Positions 1-13,504 of a stretch of DNA of 64,000 nt are shown one piece after another. The translations under genes were made by a program, and so were the position numbers. Location: contig OZ024749.1 in the NCBI GenBank assembly GCA_964016885.1, positions 23,436,001 to 23,500,000 of the forward strand, given 5' to 3'. The notes under the pieces are model-generated. The model saw only the letters and a list, made by a program, of their open reading frames with translations. It was not told the origin of the DNA and ran no database searches. This DNA is from Eledone cirrhosa. Lineage: Eukaryota. Position 1 is the first letter of the stretch; each line of letters starts with the position of its first letter.

Positions 1-1273
1 GCCACCAGCACACATACCCAACCCTCATTCGCATATATTTTGTTTTTATTCCTCAGCATGATTTCAAGATTGCTGCAGCTTAAAATGTAATACTAGCGGT
101 ACTTCATTACCCCCCTTTTACTTTCTAAGTCAAACACCCGCCGGGTGGTGCAGTCAAATTTTCATTATTGTTTTTATTCGTTACTTTATAAAATCGATAA
201 AATAACGTACCAGTCTAGAACGTGATCCGAGTTTGTGAACTCAAATTCTTGCACATACTTACACACAACGATATGTAAATATTATTATTCACTAGCCAGG
301 TGGCAGGATCGATAGAGCTTCGCAATTAATTTCATACTGAATCAACTTACAGAGTATCTTTCAATTTTAAGTTAAATTCCCAGTGGGGTAGATCAACTTT
401 GCTTTACAGTCTTAATATGATCGATGATATAAGACCCATATTGTATAAAAATCACAGTAATTGAAGCAATTGTTTACCAAATTGGGTTCCGAGGAAATCC
501 AAGCTACGGGGAACAGTTCTCAGGGTAAAAAAATTCCCTAAAAGATTCTTCTTCTTCTTCTTCTTCTTCTTCTTCTTCTTCTTCTTCTTCTTCTTCTTCT
601 TCTTCTTCTTCTTCTTCTTCTTCTTCTCCCCCCCCCCCCTCGTCCTCATATTCCTCCTCCCCTTCTCCTCCTCCTCTTTCTCCTATCAGAAGCAGCCTTC
701 CCCAGTAGGTAAATCTGCAATCTCAAGTGACACCAACTGAGCTCATCTTGTTTATTGTCTCTATAAGGGTCGAATGCCGATTGGTTTGCTCGTCAAATCT
801 GTTTAGTGATTATTTCCTTAGACATTGCAATAGATTCCTGGTGATGCATTGTACGAATTTATTTCACGCTGTCTCAGAGAACTCAGCTGAAAGAAACGAA
901 ATGAACTGTGTTTGTAATTCAACCAGTCAGATTTGTTGCATTCTCGATCATGGAGAATCTATCTGAGAACTAATATAAGTTTGGAACACAAGTATATTTA
1001 TTCGTTATTTTCATATTGGTCAACTAGAACCTTCATCGTAGTAACCGACGGAGATCTACAGAAAGACAATGGATAAATAGTGTATCAAATATTACGACAC
1101 GTGTCTACTTATTCAGGCTGATTCGCATTGGCTTCTAATTGCAATTGACATTAATTATAGAACACAAATCATAATGTGGACACGTACTTGAAACGAGGCT
1201 TTCCTCAGACAATAACATCAATGGGAAGACACTAACAATGTCTAGTGAATGTAGAATATACTTCAGAAACACA

Positions 1274-1317
<44 letters not shown>

Positions 1318-1359
1318 ATATATATGTTTGTGTGTGTGTGTATGTATCTGTGTACACAC

Positions 1360-1390
<31 letters not shown>

Positions 1391-1397
1391 TATATAT

Positions 1398-2004
1398 GGT
1401 GGCTGCCAACTCGTTTTCGAGTACGGCCACTACTGTATATCCATGTAGGAGAACCCCTACCGATGCGCTGAACGAGTGTGACTTTTTAGTCCAGCCAGCG
1501 ACTTGAAAACTCTGGTACAAACACTACACTTGTGACAATTATTGACACATAGTGCTGGGCCCATGGTACCATGTGACGACAAGTGCAGAGAGATCTCCAG
1601 ATATAAAGCAATGCTGTGCCGTGAAGCTTTTATAGTGAGCAAAGGCACTGCACAAAGCTAGTCCCACTCTCTTGACCAAGATGATATTTACAAAAAAAAA
1701 GAACAAGTCAACATCATTGGTACCATCAGAGTTGCAGGTGTTATATCAGAGTTTTCCTTCTCCTAGAATTCTGCCTTGACAAAGGCTAAGGGGTCATCTC
1801 TCCCGGTGATTTTGGATGGCCATTGACTCTTAAGAGCTCCTTTGCATTTTGACAGGTTTTGTTTTTAGTGCTGCAGGTTGTCCAAAGTCACCCTCCTCTC
1901 CAAGAAACCTTGGTGGGGTTGCCAGTTTAGTCGCCAACGACCCGACCAGGAGACAGGTTGTACTGGGATACATGTTACCAGTAGCACCAACTGGTGACCT
2001 GACA
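1398..2004 (-). mobile_element. Probable non-autonomous RTE derivative (5' UTR fused to 3' end)
   Basis: RTE-like 5' UTR motif CTAGGAGAAGGAAAACTCTG, a terminal C2H2-like peptide CSVCTRVFKSLAGLKSH, a 3' stem-loop and a microsatellite tail. The 3' part recurs at 52457. Confidence 0.6.
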
Positions 2005-2369
2005 TATGTATTTATATATATATATATACATACATAGGTATAGTACCTGGAAAATCAAATGATTGGCAAGAAGTAAACATTAGAGGAGAAAGAACCACGT
2101 TTATGGTATAATTGTTTTTCACCGCTCCTATTAATGACGTATTATTTTCTTTTTTTCCCGTTCTTTGCCAGAGAACGTTTCCACGAATCAAAGTATCGTC
2201 TTCCTGTCTTCCTCCGGTTGCAACGTTTTTTGAAATATCCAGTTCTGCGTTAGTTTCAGAAGATCGCGTTAAGGGTGAAAGCAGCGATTCTTAAATCAAC
2301 ATATCATGATATGTTGATTTAAAACTGTACTATTCACAAATGTTTTTTAAACTTCATATCATGTCTCCC

Positions 2370-2440
2370 TATTTTATCTGACGAAAACGCAAATTTCATC
2401 GCATGATGATATTTGTTTTTGAAATGCGCATAATAAGATA
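2370..2440 (+). ncRNA. Type I hammerhead ribozyme (palindromic stem III)
   Basis: TATTTTAT-CTGACGA-AAACGCAAAT..ATTTGTTTTT-GAAA-TGCGCA-TA-ATAAGATA. Confidence 0.75.
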
Positions 2441-2566
2441 CATGGAACTCTTTTAACCATCTTTTGATGTTATATATTATTTATACTCCAGTCCTACAAA
2501 CTGTAGAGAGCTACTTATCCGATATCTGCATTGCTTTATTGTACTACACTAAAACTCACCACCTAC

Positions 2567-2625
<59 letters not shown>

Positions 2626-3089
2626 CATAATCATTTTTAAGACAGTCAATTTATTTCAGGACTAAGATACACAATAGATGACATAGTTGGTTTTTCCGAA
2701 ATGCATCAATTTCAAGTTGATAATTCAATTCTTGAAAATTCGTATTATCTCTGAAGAATTTTATTAAAAGTGTTAAGAATATTAAAAGTGATGAAGGTTT
2801 TCTTTTTCAAGAACAAACAATTTTCTTTTTGGCTCCCATGGATCTGCAGTCGTTAGATTAAATAATACGCAAATTAAGTTTTAAAATTCTTCCACTAGTT
2901 AATGTTAGTTATTAATAAGTTCCTGCTAAATTACTGCATTGCGGATATATTTTAAAGAGATCTCACTAATTTTATATCGCTAAACATTTATGTGGCACAT
3001 ACAACGAAAAACACAGACAAAGAAAACAAACAAACAGCAACAGTTATTTTTTAAAATGTCTTATCATATTTGCAATAGTTCTCTCCTCA

Positions 3090-3560
<471 letters not shown>

Positions 3561-3996
3561 ATGTATAGATAAATGTGTGTTGTGTACACGTGTGTGTGTT
3601 GTGCGTATATGAGTATGCGTTAAAGTATGTATATGTATGTTTTGCTGTTGTGAAACCTATTCGATTAGCAGAGACGATACTATAACAACATTTATGAAGT
3701 TATCAGATATCTTTAATACAGATTTTGGCATATTCGGGTAATTGAATATTTTGCTCATTAAATATTCAAATACATATGATATATACATACGTAAGTACAT
3801 GCATAAATTTACACAGATATAAACTAATATTTATATAGACAAATGAACATTTCTAGGCAATATTTCTTGTTTCCTATATGCAAATGAGCTTCTCCAAAAT
3901 AATTCAATCAGTAAAATCTAAATAGAATTTCAGAACCATATGTTTTCTTTCATAGCGAGGCTCACATGTGTTTTTATTATTACCCATACACAGAGG

Positions 3997-4160
3997 GGCT
4001 GTGGATTGGCAGTATCGGAAGATGGTCGGCCCTTTCCATTCTGAGTTAAAATCCCGCCGAGGTTAACTTTGCCTTTCATCTTTACGGGATCGATAAAATA
4101 AAGTACCAGTAATGCACTCGGTATATGCTGGCTTTGTCCCAAAAAGTAGAAACAATTATT
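3997..4160 (+). mobile_element. tRNA-derived SINE, abundant family (Meta/MESC-like core)
   Basis: A/B-box-like head and core CTTTCATC...GATCGATAAAATAAAGTACCAGT. A partial copy is at 5395-5501. Confidence 0.75.
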
Positions 4161-4794
4161 ACACACAGACAGATCTTAAATGGATCCTCACCCTATTTTG
4201 TAAGCTATTTTAAAGAATCTCCGCGTATAAGTACATATATCTTTATATATATATATATATATATCCCAAATTAAATTAAGGGTGTCATGTCGGAGACATG
4301 TTGATATATATATATATATATAAAAGTTATGGGCGAAAGAGGGCAATATTGGGATAAACAGGGGGGATTTATCCCAATAACTTATTTTAGTTATTGTTCC
4401 CGCTAGGCTGGGGTATCTTGTCTCTAACGTGAAGAAATGTCTAGGATTCCTAGCAGGCAACTGACGAAGGATATTGCCATCTTTCGCCCGTAGCTTTTAT
4501 TTTCATTATACTTAATTGCAAACACACAGCTCGCCATTTTATTCACATAGTTTCCTTCCCCGCTATGACCCGTCTCTTTTATCTCCCCTTGCTGCTATCC
4601 TCTCTCTCCCCCTTCTCTCTTCTTCTCCCTCTTCTACTAGTCACACTCCCGCTCCGTTAGCTCACTTCCTCCGTCATCCACCACTTTAAGCAGTCTCTAC
4701 TCTCACTCCTACAGTGAAGACGTGTCTTTTTTTCTCGTCAAACCCGTCAGAACATATGTTCGAAATGAATTGTTGACTTGTGTATATATATGGA

Positions 4795-5010
4795 GCGATC
4801 GACTATCGTCAAATCGGACCGGGGAAACAGTGTTTCCGTTGGTCTTTCCAATTGCTAATACTATCTATCAGTCGCATCTCCAGGTAGAACGAGCAACGTG
4901 AAGTAAAGTGTCTTCCTCAAAGACATAAGACATTGCCTGTTCCAGGAATCGAACTCACAACCTCACGATTGCGAATCCAATTCTCTAACGACTCATCCAC
5001 ACGCCTTCAC
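4795..5010 (-). mobile_element. tRNA-derived SINE (cephalopod-like type)
   Basis: Minus-strand head GTGAAGGCGTGTGG..B box GAGTTCGATTCC, with a body containing GTCTTTGAGGAAGACACTTTACTTCACGTTGCTC. Confidence 0.7.
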
Positions 5011-5192
5011 TTGTGTTGTGTATATGTATATATATAAATAAATAAATAAATATCAAACATCACGAGCACTCTATCTCAAAATTAATTTTGAAAAGCATTA
5101 GAAATGCGCAACCGTTATGACTAATTTATACTTATTCCCAATTAAACTATTTTTCACTGGGAAAAATTTGTCAGCATTTTCTTTTCCTTTTA

Positions 5193-5338
<146 letters not shown>

Positions 5339-5786
5339 TATATTTATATACATATATATATACGTTTATCAAGCAGAAAACATATAATTGACTGAACGAT
5401 GAAAGGTTAACTTTGCTTTTCATCCCTACAGGGTCGATAAAATAAAGTACCAGTAATGTATTGGCTAATTGCTGGCCTTGTAACAAAAGTAGAAACAATT
5501 ATGATATAAAATATGTTTAAATCCTATACCAGATAATGTTTTAATCGTAATTTAGAATACCTATTTGTGTTACCAGTTATAGCTAACGACTTACAGACAT
5601 TCATGAACAATTGAAACCATACATACACAGACGAACGCATATTTAATTATAACACTATCTATATATATATATAAGTTGTAATATAATGAAACGAAATTTC
5701 ATTTCGCACTCTTAGTACGGCACTTACTTAAATCTAAGTATGTATGTATATGTACATACATATATGTGTACAGACGTACAGTAGCA

Positions 5787-5859
<73 letters not shown>

Positions 5860-6008
5860 GTACATATATATACATGTACGTATCAGTTTAGCGGACGTTT
5901 ATTATAACGCCCGCTTTGTCCGTTTGTAAACAAGCGGACAGCTTGATTTATGCCGTACGGTGTTAAGGCAACCACGTCACCTTTTTGTTCAAAACTGACA
6001 CAGGAACG

Positions 6009-6045
6009 ATGTACCAGTTTCAAGCTTCTTAGCTATCATCAGCAC
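6009..6045 (-). ncRNA. Minimal hammerhead motif, same family as 53473/53545
   Basis: Minus strand reads GTG-CTGATGA-TAGCTAAGAAGCTT-GAAA-CTGG-TA-CAT. Stem I is only 3 bp. Confidence 0.55.
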
Positions 6046-6669
6046 TGTGTGTGGAGAAATAATATTATTTCTCCACACACAGACTATAACAATCATATAA
6101 AGAATTTTTCACCAGATCAACCAACCTAACACTCTTGTTTACCTATTTAAGTCCTTCTACTACACGTAAATCTCTGCCACACTATATAAACAAGACGCAC
6201 GTGTTTGCCACACATATAACCTTTGCACTATATAACCGCTTATTTTCCTGTTGTATATTAACCTGTATTTTTGATTGTATCTTTTAATATGAATGTAATC
6301 TCTAAGTGTGTACTGCCACTCTAAATGCTGTAATGAATGTTGACCCACAATATTTGCATATGTATCTGTATGTCTCTTGGGTGAAAAGGAAGTCATATAA
6401 GTGTTCATTCATTAATAAATTCTCCGAAGAATCCAAACCTCGGTTTGGAGGAAACAGTTGTAAGCATAAACATGTTTTGAACAGTCCTTTGATTCTTATA
6501 ATTCATATAACTGCTCTGTAAATCATCTGATGTTTTTACATTGAGCTAGTTAACTTACTGGTAATAAGGTAGTAATATATTACTGCCTACCATTATTTAG
6601 GGTTTGTATAAAAATATATATAACTGCAAAAGATTTTTGTATTTACATAACCATAAATAGTATAATTAA

Positions 6670-6732
<63 letters not shown>

Positions 6733-6812
6733 GGTGTATATGTAAAAATGTATATATATATATATTAAGAATATCTTCGAAACAGCGAGTGGGTTTGAAA
6801 TTATTAGAAATG

Positions 6813-7138
6813 TAAGCTATCGCCGTGTTTTGACTAAAGAAATTATTTAGCCTGATAGTGGGGTTAAGAACCCTCAGAGAAATGGAAAAAGATGAGTATT
6901 GACGTACATGGGAGTCGAACCCACATCTTTGGTTATCCGACCACTGTGCTACCATTTACACCAAAACATGGGTGATGTGTTGGTATAAATGGTAGCATGG
7001 TGCTCAGGATAACCAAAGATGTGGGTTCGACTCCCATGTACGTCAATACTCATCTTTTTCCATTTCTCTGAGGGTTCTTAAACCCACTATCAGACTAAAT
7101 AATTAGTTTAATTTCCTTAGTCAAAATACGGCGTTAGC
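6813..7138. repeat. ~325-bp fold-back palindrome with Pol III A/B boxes in each arm
   Basis: The arms are reverse complements and contain TAGCACAGTGG / TAGCATGGTG and GGTTCGACTCC. Confidence 0.85.
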
Positions 7139-7161
7139 TTACACACACACACACACACACA

Positions 7162-7345
<184 letters not shown>

Positions 7346-7495
7346 TGTATGTGTACAAATGTATGTATAAATGCATGTATTTAATATAAATACATTACAT
7401 AGAATGCTATACTATATATTGGCCCTACGGATATCCTGACGTTTCAAATATCACGAATTTCTGCGGGGCTTCTTAATAAAAGGAACATATCCAAC

Positions 7496-7577
<82 letters not shown>

Positions 7578-7652
7578 TATACATATATATATATATATAG
7601 ACATTAGACAAACTATTCAAAAAAGGAAGATGAAGATGGCGGTGCTATGATG

Positions 7653-7776
<124 letters not shown>

Positions 7777-8032
7777 TAATAATAAACAACATCATCCACA
7801 ACGATATCTGAAATAAATATTAATGAAAGAATAATCTAGAATTATCAAACGTGTTGGTCGTGTCTGGTTTAAGATCCCCGGAGATAATCGTGAAGTTTTA
7901 AACGTCGTTAACACCGCAGGGTGTATATTTATATATAAAACGAAAAAAAACCCCGTTATATTATATCCTACATTTCAATGAAATGAGATAATTATTGTGA
8001 GTTTTCCTTGACTTCGATAAAAGTGTCTCATT

Positions 8033-8121
<89 letters not shown>

Positions 8122-8122
8122 G

Positions 8123-8255
<133 letters not shown>

Positions 8256-8287
8256 TTATATATAAATATGTGTGTGTGAATATATAT

Positions 8288-9020
8288 ATATAAATTTTCT
8301 AACCTCTTTAATATGGAATATTTTTTAACTTCATCCTATAAGTCTAAACATTGTAACACACTGGCCCCCAATATATTCACCTCTGCTAAGATGCGAGTCC
8401 CTGTGAAAATTTTGTCGCGCCACTCCTGGCCCGACTGTGGTGTGACATTAATATCGACCTTCCTTTCTCTCTCTTTCTATCTTCCTTCTTGTAGCTATCA
8501 ACCATTACTCTTTTACTTCTCTAAGCTAAATTTTAAAGTTCCAACTTTCTGTCGGACTGTTGGGTGGGTTTTAATGGCGGCGCGACCAGCTCCCTGGCGA
8601 ACGAGCTCACCTGGAGTGCTTGGAAAAATAAATTTCCCCTTCTTTCAGTAAATGAAAATACTCGGCGTGGCTTAATTCGCCATGGGGCCCGGGGCGCGGC
8701 CGTTGTTTTAACCGCCAAATAGTACCTTTAAATTACCGAACAAATCGGAACTATTATATAATTAATTGTTAAACTGTTGAACTTTAAATTTTCTAACCTC
8801 TTTAATATTGAATATTGATTATTAAATTTTTTTAACCTCATCCTAGAAGTTTAAACACTGACTCCCAATATATTCATCTCCGCTAAGATGCGGGTCCCTG
8901 TGAAAATTTTCTCGCGCCACTCCTGGCTTGACTGTGGTCTGACATTAATATCGACCTTTCTTCCTCTTCCTTTCTATCTTCCTTCTTGTAGCCATCAACC
9001 CTTACTTTTCTACTTCTCTC
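8288..9020 (+). repeat. ~230-bp direct duplication (8288-8521 and 8785-9020) with an imperfectly inverted spacer
   Basis: Shared AAATTTTCTAACCTCTTTAATA..GCTAAGATGCG..TCGCGCCACTCCTGG.. Confidence 0.8.
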
Positions 9021-9391
9021 TTCCCTTCCTTCTCTCCTCTCCTCCTCCCGCAGACTTATCTTCCTTCCCCCTCTTGCTTGCCTATATCTGACCAGTAGTA
9101 GTTACCTTCCTCTTTTAGCTGACATTAACCCTGACTTCTCTTCTTCTTTCTTCCCCCTTCTTCTCCTTCCTTTCTTTCTTTCTTTTACCTTGTGTCATGG
9201 GATCGACGTTAACCTATGCTCCCATCTCTTTCTGTTTTCGTTCATCTGACCGGTAGTAGCATACTATAAAATTTAGCCACGTCACTCCAGGGCGACCGGC
9301 TGAGGTTGAAGGAACAGAATAGCGGTCGCCCTCGAGTCTCGATTTTCAGCCCCATGGATTTTACCTATTACATTCACGTATTATATTTCGA

Positions 9392-9449
9392 ATACCTGAT
9401 GATATCACGGGATTCATACGGAACCCGGTCATTGAAATGATCATAGTAT
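9392..9449 (+). ncRNA. Type I hammerhead ribozyme (palindromic stem III)
   Basis: ATAC-CTGATGA-..CGGG..CCCG..-GAAA-TGATCA-TA-GTAT. The base of stem II is imperfect. Confidence 0.65.
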
Positions 9450-9840
9450 AATAAACCTTTCAAGGATTTACAAAAATCCAGCCTCCTGTCATTTCATTAT
9501 AATATATATATATATAATTGGAAAATAGTAAAATCGAATCTCTGGCGGTTTGCAAGTACATTCAGCCTACTTATATGAAATGATGAGTTGGCAAAGCACT
9601 CGATAAGGTGGAGCCTTAGAGTAATAACATATGTTTAAATAGCTTGACAAATCGAACATTGTGGTAGGCGAATCTAACACACAATATATACCAAAGCAAT
9701 GATAGAACTAATCAGGTTGAGAAAAATACACCTGGACAAATCAAACGATCAACTCGTGGTGTGAGTAGGTTACGCCTGGAACGAAGGTTGGCTGGTATAT
9801 GTGCGTGTGTAAAAGGTAAAGAGACATAACAACACAATCG

Positions 9841-9885
<45 letters not shown>

Positions 9886-9886
<1 letters not shown>

Positions 9887-10799
9887 TAGCAGTGGTATCT
9901 GACGTTGCACGGGATAAGGTATTTTGGAACGCGGGCCGCAACAGACCTAATCGTGGAAAAACTGCATGCCTGGATAATATGTAAAGATAATAAACCGAAT
10001 ACTCTGATGGCTGGATAATATTTACGATTTTCCTCGACGAAGCAGGAAAAATGCAGGTTTACACCAAATGCAGACCCTAGGGGATCAAGAAAATGAGTTT
10101 TTATGGGCATAATATGCCTTTAAATTTCGGGAAAATCGGCTAGACGTAACGCCTCCAAAAACCCTAAGGAGCTGAAAAAATGAAGTTTTTCACCTAGTGC
10201 GGGCTCTAGGGCTTAAGAAAGTTGGATTTTCTTTGCTTGCGGTATGAAGAAGAGACTGGCTAATACATAGTTACGATTTCAAGGCAATCGGTCTCTAAAA
10301 AAAAAACTAAAAATCCTAAAAAACGCAGTTTTTCATCTAATGCTAGTAGATAAAAAAAGTTGAATTTTTTTTATGTGCATAACACTTCCTGAACATAAGT
10401 AATACATATGTAAAGTTTGAAAAAAATCGGTTGGGTACTTCTCGAGTTTTAGGGATTCAAACTCACTCACACACACATATCCTCAGGGAAGTGACGTAAT
10501 GCAGACAGCCAGACATACAGACAGATATTATAAGGGCGCGAGGTTATATGTATGTATCTATCTATAAAGAGAAAGACTAAGAATTATAGGGCAAGATCGC
10601 TAAATCGCCTAATACGGTGCCTAGTGCATGGAAAATCGCCGAATACGGTACCTAGAGCATGGAATATTTTTGCTCAGAACACTTCCTGAAACATAAGTAT
10701 TACATGTGTAATGTTTGAAAACAGTCGGTTCGGTAGTTCTCGAGTTTTAGTGATTCGAACTCACACACAGACAGACATCCTCAGTTTTATATATATAGA
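9886..10799 (-). mobile_element. Non-autonomous Helitron
   Basis: Minus strand starts TCTATATATATAAAA and ends with a degenerate hairpin then CTAG|T. Internal duplication at about 10380-10490 and 10679-10785. Confidence 0.7.
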
Positions 10800-11336
10800 C
10801 TAGCAGAAATCCACCCGGTGGGAGGTTTTCTGCTAGCAAATCTAGTGTATATACTGATATTGTTGAGATTTGGATGAGAAATATTTTCGGCACCACATAT
10901 TCACCGCCTCTCGGTGTGTCTTTTATGCATGTATAAATATATATGTTATCTATACGGTGAAATCTTTGAAATAAATATATGTTAAAACAAAAAAGTAGAA
11001 AAAGAGATTAGTGACGGAAATATAAACGTTATGATATAACGATGGAAATACATCTTCAAATGGTCCTTGTCATGATGTCAAGTCAGAACCGCCTCGAACT
11101 GGTTACTTCTGGCTTGTGCAAGGTGTCTCTATAGCAACCAGCGACTCCCTCGGCCTCACTGACCAAAGTCAGTGGAGACGGGAAGGTAATGTTTCTATAG
11201 CGACAGTGTTTCTCTTGGTAGTACCAAAGTGGAGAAAGGAAGGGGAAGGTAATATTTCTGTAGCACCTACATTTGAGTTTTAGGGAAGGACAGACACACA
11301 GACAGACAGACAAACAGAGAAATGCCCATATATTTA

Positions 11337-11387
<51 letters not shown>

Positions 11388-11413
11388 CACACACAGAAAT
11401 GTATATATATTTA

Positions 11414-11444
<31 letters not shown>

Positions 11445-11470
11445 TACGCACACAGAAATGTATATATATT

Positions 11471-11511
<41 letters not shown>

Positions 11512-11658
11512 CACACACAGAAATGTATATATATTTCTTAGAACAAAATTATTATTAATGTTTTGCTGTTCATAACAATTGGAATTGAAAAATTACTTTT
11601 GTAATTATTAGTTATTTTACTAATGCTTAGATATGTAAAAATGAAGCAATGTTTCCAA

Positions 11659-13092
11659 TAATTGTTTCTACTTTTGACACAAGGCCCGCAATTATCCAGT
11701 ACATTACTGGTACTTTATTTTATCGACCCCGTGAGGATGAAAGGCAAAGTTAACCTCGGCGGTATTTGAACTCAGACCGTAAAGGGACGTAACTCCATGC
11801 TATGAAGCATGCTGTCCGACTCTCTACAGATTCTGCCAATCCACCGCCCTAATGTCTGTACGTAATGAGGGAGTGAGAGGGGAGAGAAAGAAAGGCAGAG
11901 GTGAAGTGACGAAGTGATTCTCTCCTCCTCCTCCTCCTCCATCTCCTCATTCGTCACAGCGATAGAGGGGAGGAATGTTAGTGTGTTACAAAGAGAAAGA
12001 GTGAGAGTGAGAGAAACAGACAGTTTAAAAGAGGGATAGCTGGAGAGAGAGAGAGATAGCAACCACGCGCGCACGTTGTTTCCACTGTCGGACAGACAGA
12101 CAGAGAAATTGCTGGATATAAATTATAAGGAGATATATATACATTAAAGTACATCCAGTCTCAAGGCTCCTGTTCGGGAGTTTAGGAGCTGTGGGGAATA
12201 TGGAGTTACCCCTTAGTTGTTATCAATCTCATGTCTGCTCCGACCCTATTAGGGCCCCATTTATGGGTTAAATAATTACCTTATTCGAGCGGCGCCGGTA
12301 AGGTATTATCAGCAATTGAAAAGAACATCTCGGGAATTTTATCCGCCCTGGACATAGAGAGATAGAGATAGAGGATGGGGGGATAGATAGATATATAGAT
12401 AGACAAAGAGACAAAGAATGTAGCCTTTGAAAAACATCTATTCTTCAAAATGGTGTCGTTCTAAGGAATTCCTTATTCCATTCATTCTTATAATTGTTCT
12501 ACTTTTGGCACAAGCCCAGCAATTATCCCAATGTATTACTGGTACTTATTTTATCGACCCCGTAAGGATGAACGGCAAAGTTAACCTCGGCGGGATTTGA
12601 ACTCAGACCACAGAGGGCCGTAAATCTTTGCTGCAAACCATGGTGTCCGACTCTCTGCCGATACTGCCAATCCACTGATTTTCTTTATTCAGCCTTATGA
12701 TGATGATGATGATGATGACGATGATGTTGCTGGGGTTCATGATGACGATTAAGATGATGATGATGACGCTGATTATGACGGGGAACTTGATGATCCTGAT
12801 ATTAATGATGATGATAATGACGATGATGTTGATTGATGATGCTGCAAACCCGACCCTCTACCGATGCTGCCGATCCACAGCCCTCATACAAATAAATAAT
12901 TGTTTCTACTTTTTGGCACAAGGCCAGCAATTACTCCAGTACATTACTGGTACTTTATTTTATCGACCCCGTAAGGATGTAAGGCAAAGTGAACCTCGGC
13001 GGGATTTGAACTCAGAATGGCAAGGGCCGTAACTCTATGAGCCAAAGCATAGTGTCCGACCCTCTACCGATACTGCCAATCCACTGCCCTCA
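11659..13092 (-). mobile_element. Three copies of the same SINE (11659-11850, 12492-12677, 12896-13092)
   Basis: Repeated ACTGGTACTTTATTTTATCGACCCCGTAAGGATG..GATTTGAACTCAG; B box GAGTTCAAATCC on the minus strand. Confidence 0.85.
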
Positions 13093-13504
13093 TACCAATA
13101 AATAATAAAAACAAATACAAAAGAATGAAAACAAAAAATCCACGTGAAAGCCAACAATAACAACAAAAGCAACGACATGGATTTTGTTTAATCTTTGCTT
13201 TGATAGCAACTATTAGAAACCTATCTTGCAGTAACTGGAAAGAAAAGCCTCCGAGATCACGAAATGCCGAGACAATCATATCAAAGGTCTTGCATCAAAT
13301 TGAAACATACATCCATTCACCTGTCACTCACTCTGTCTATCGATGTGTCACATTGTCATTCTGTTTGTCTCTTTGACTATCTGTCATTCTGTCATTCTGT
13401 CTGTTTTTCTGTCACTCTGACAGTCACTGTGTTAGCAACTGTGTCAATCGCTCTGTCAGTCTCTCTGCTCTGTCTGACCATCTCTCTGTTAGTCAGTCAA
13501 TATG

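Noticed and set aside
1457-1648. Host C2H2 zinc-finger gene
   Set aside because: A single finger inside a dispersed repeat (second copy at 52457), better explained as a LINE 3' end.
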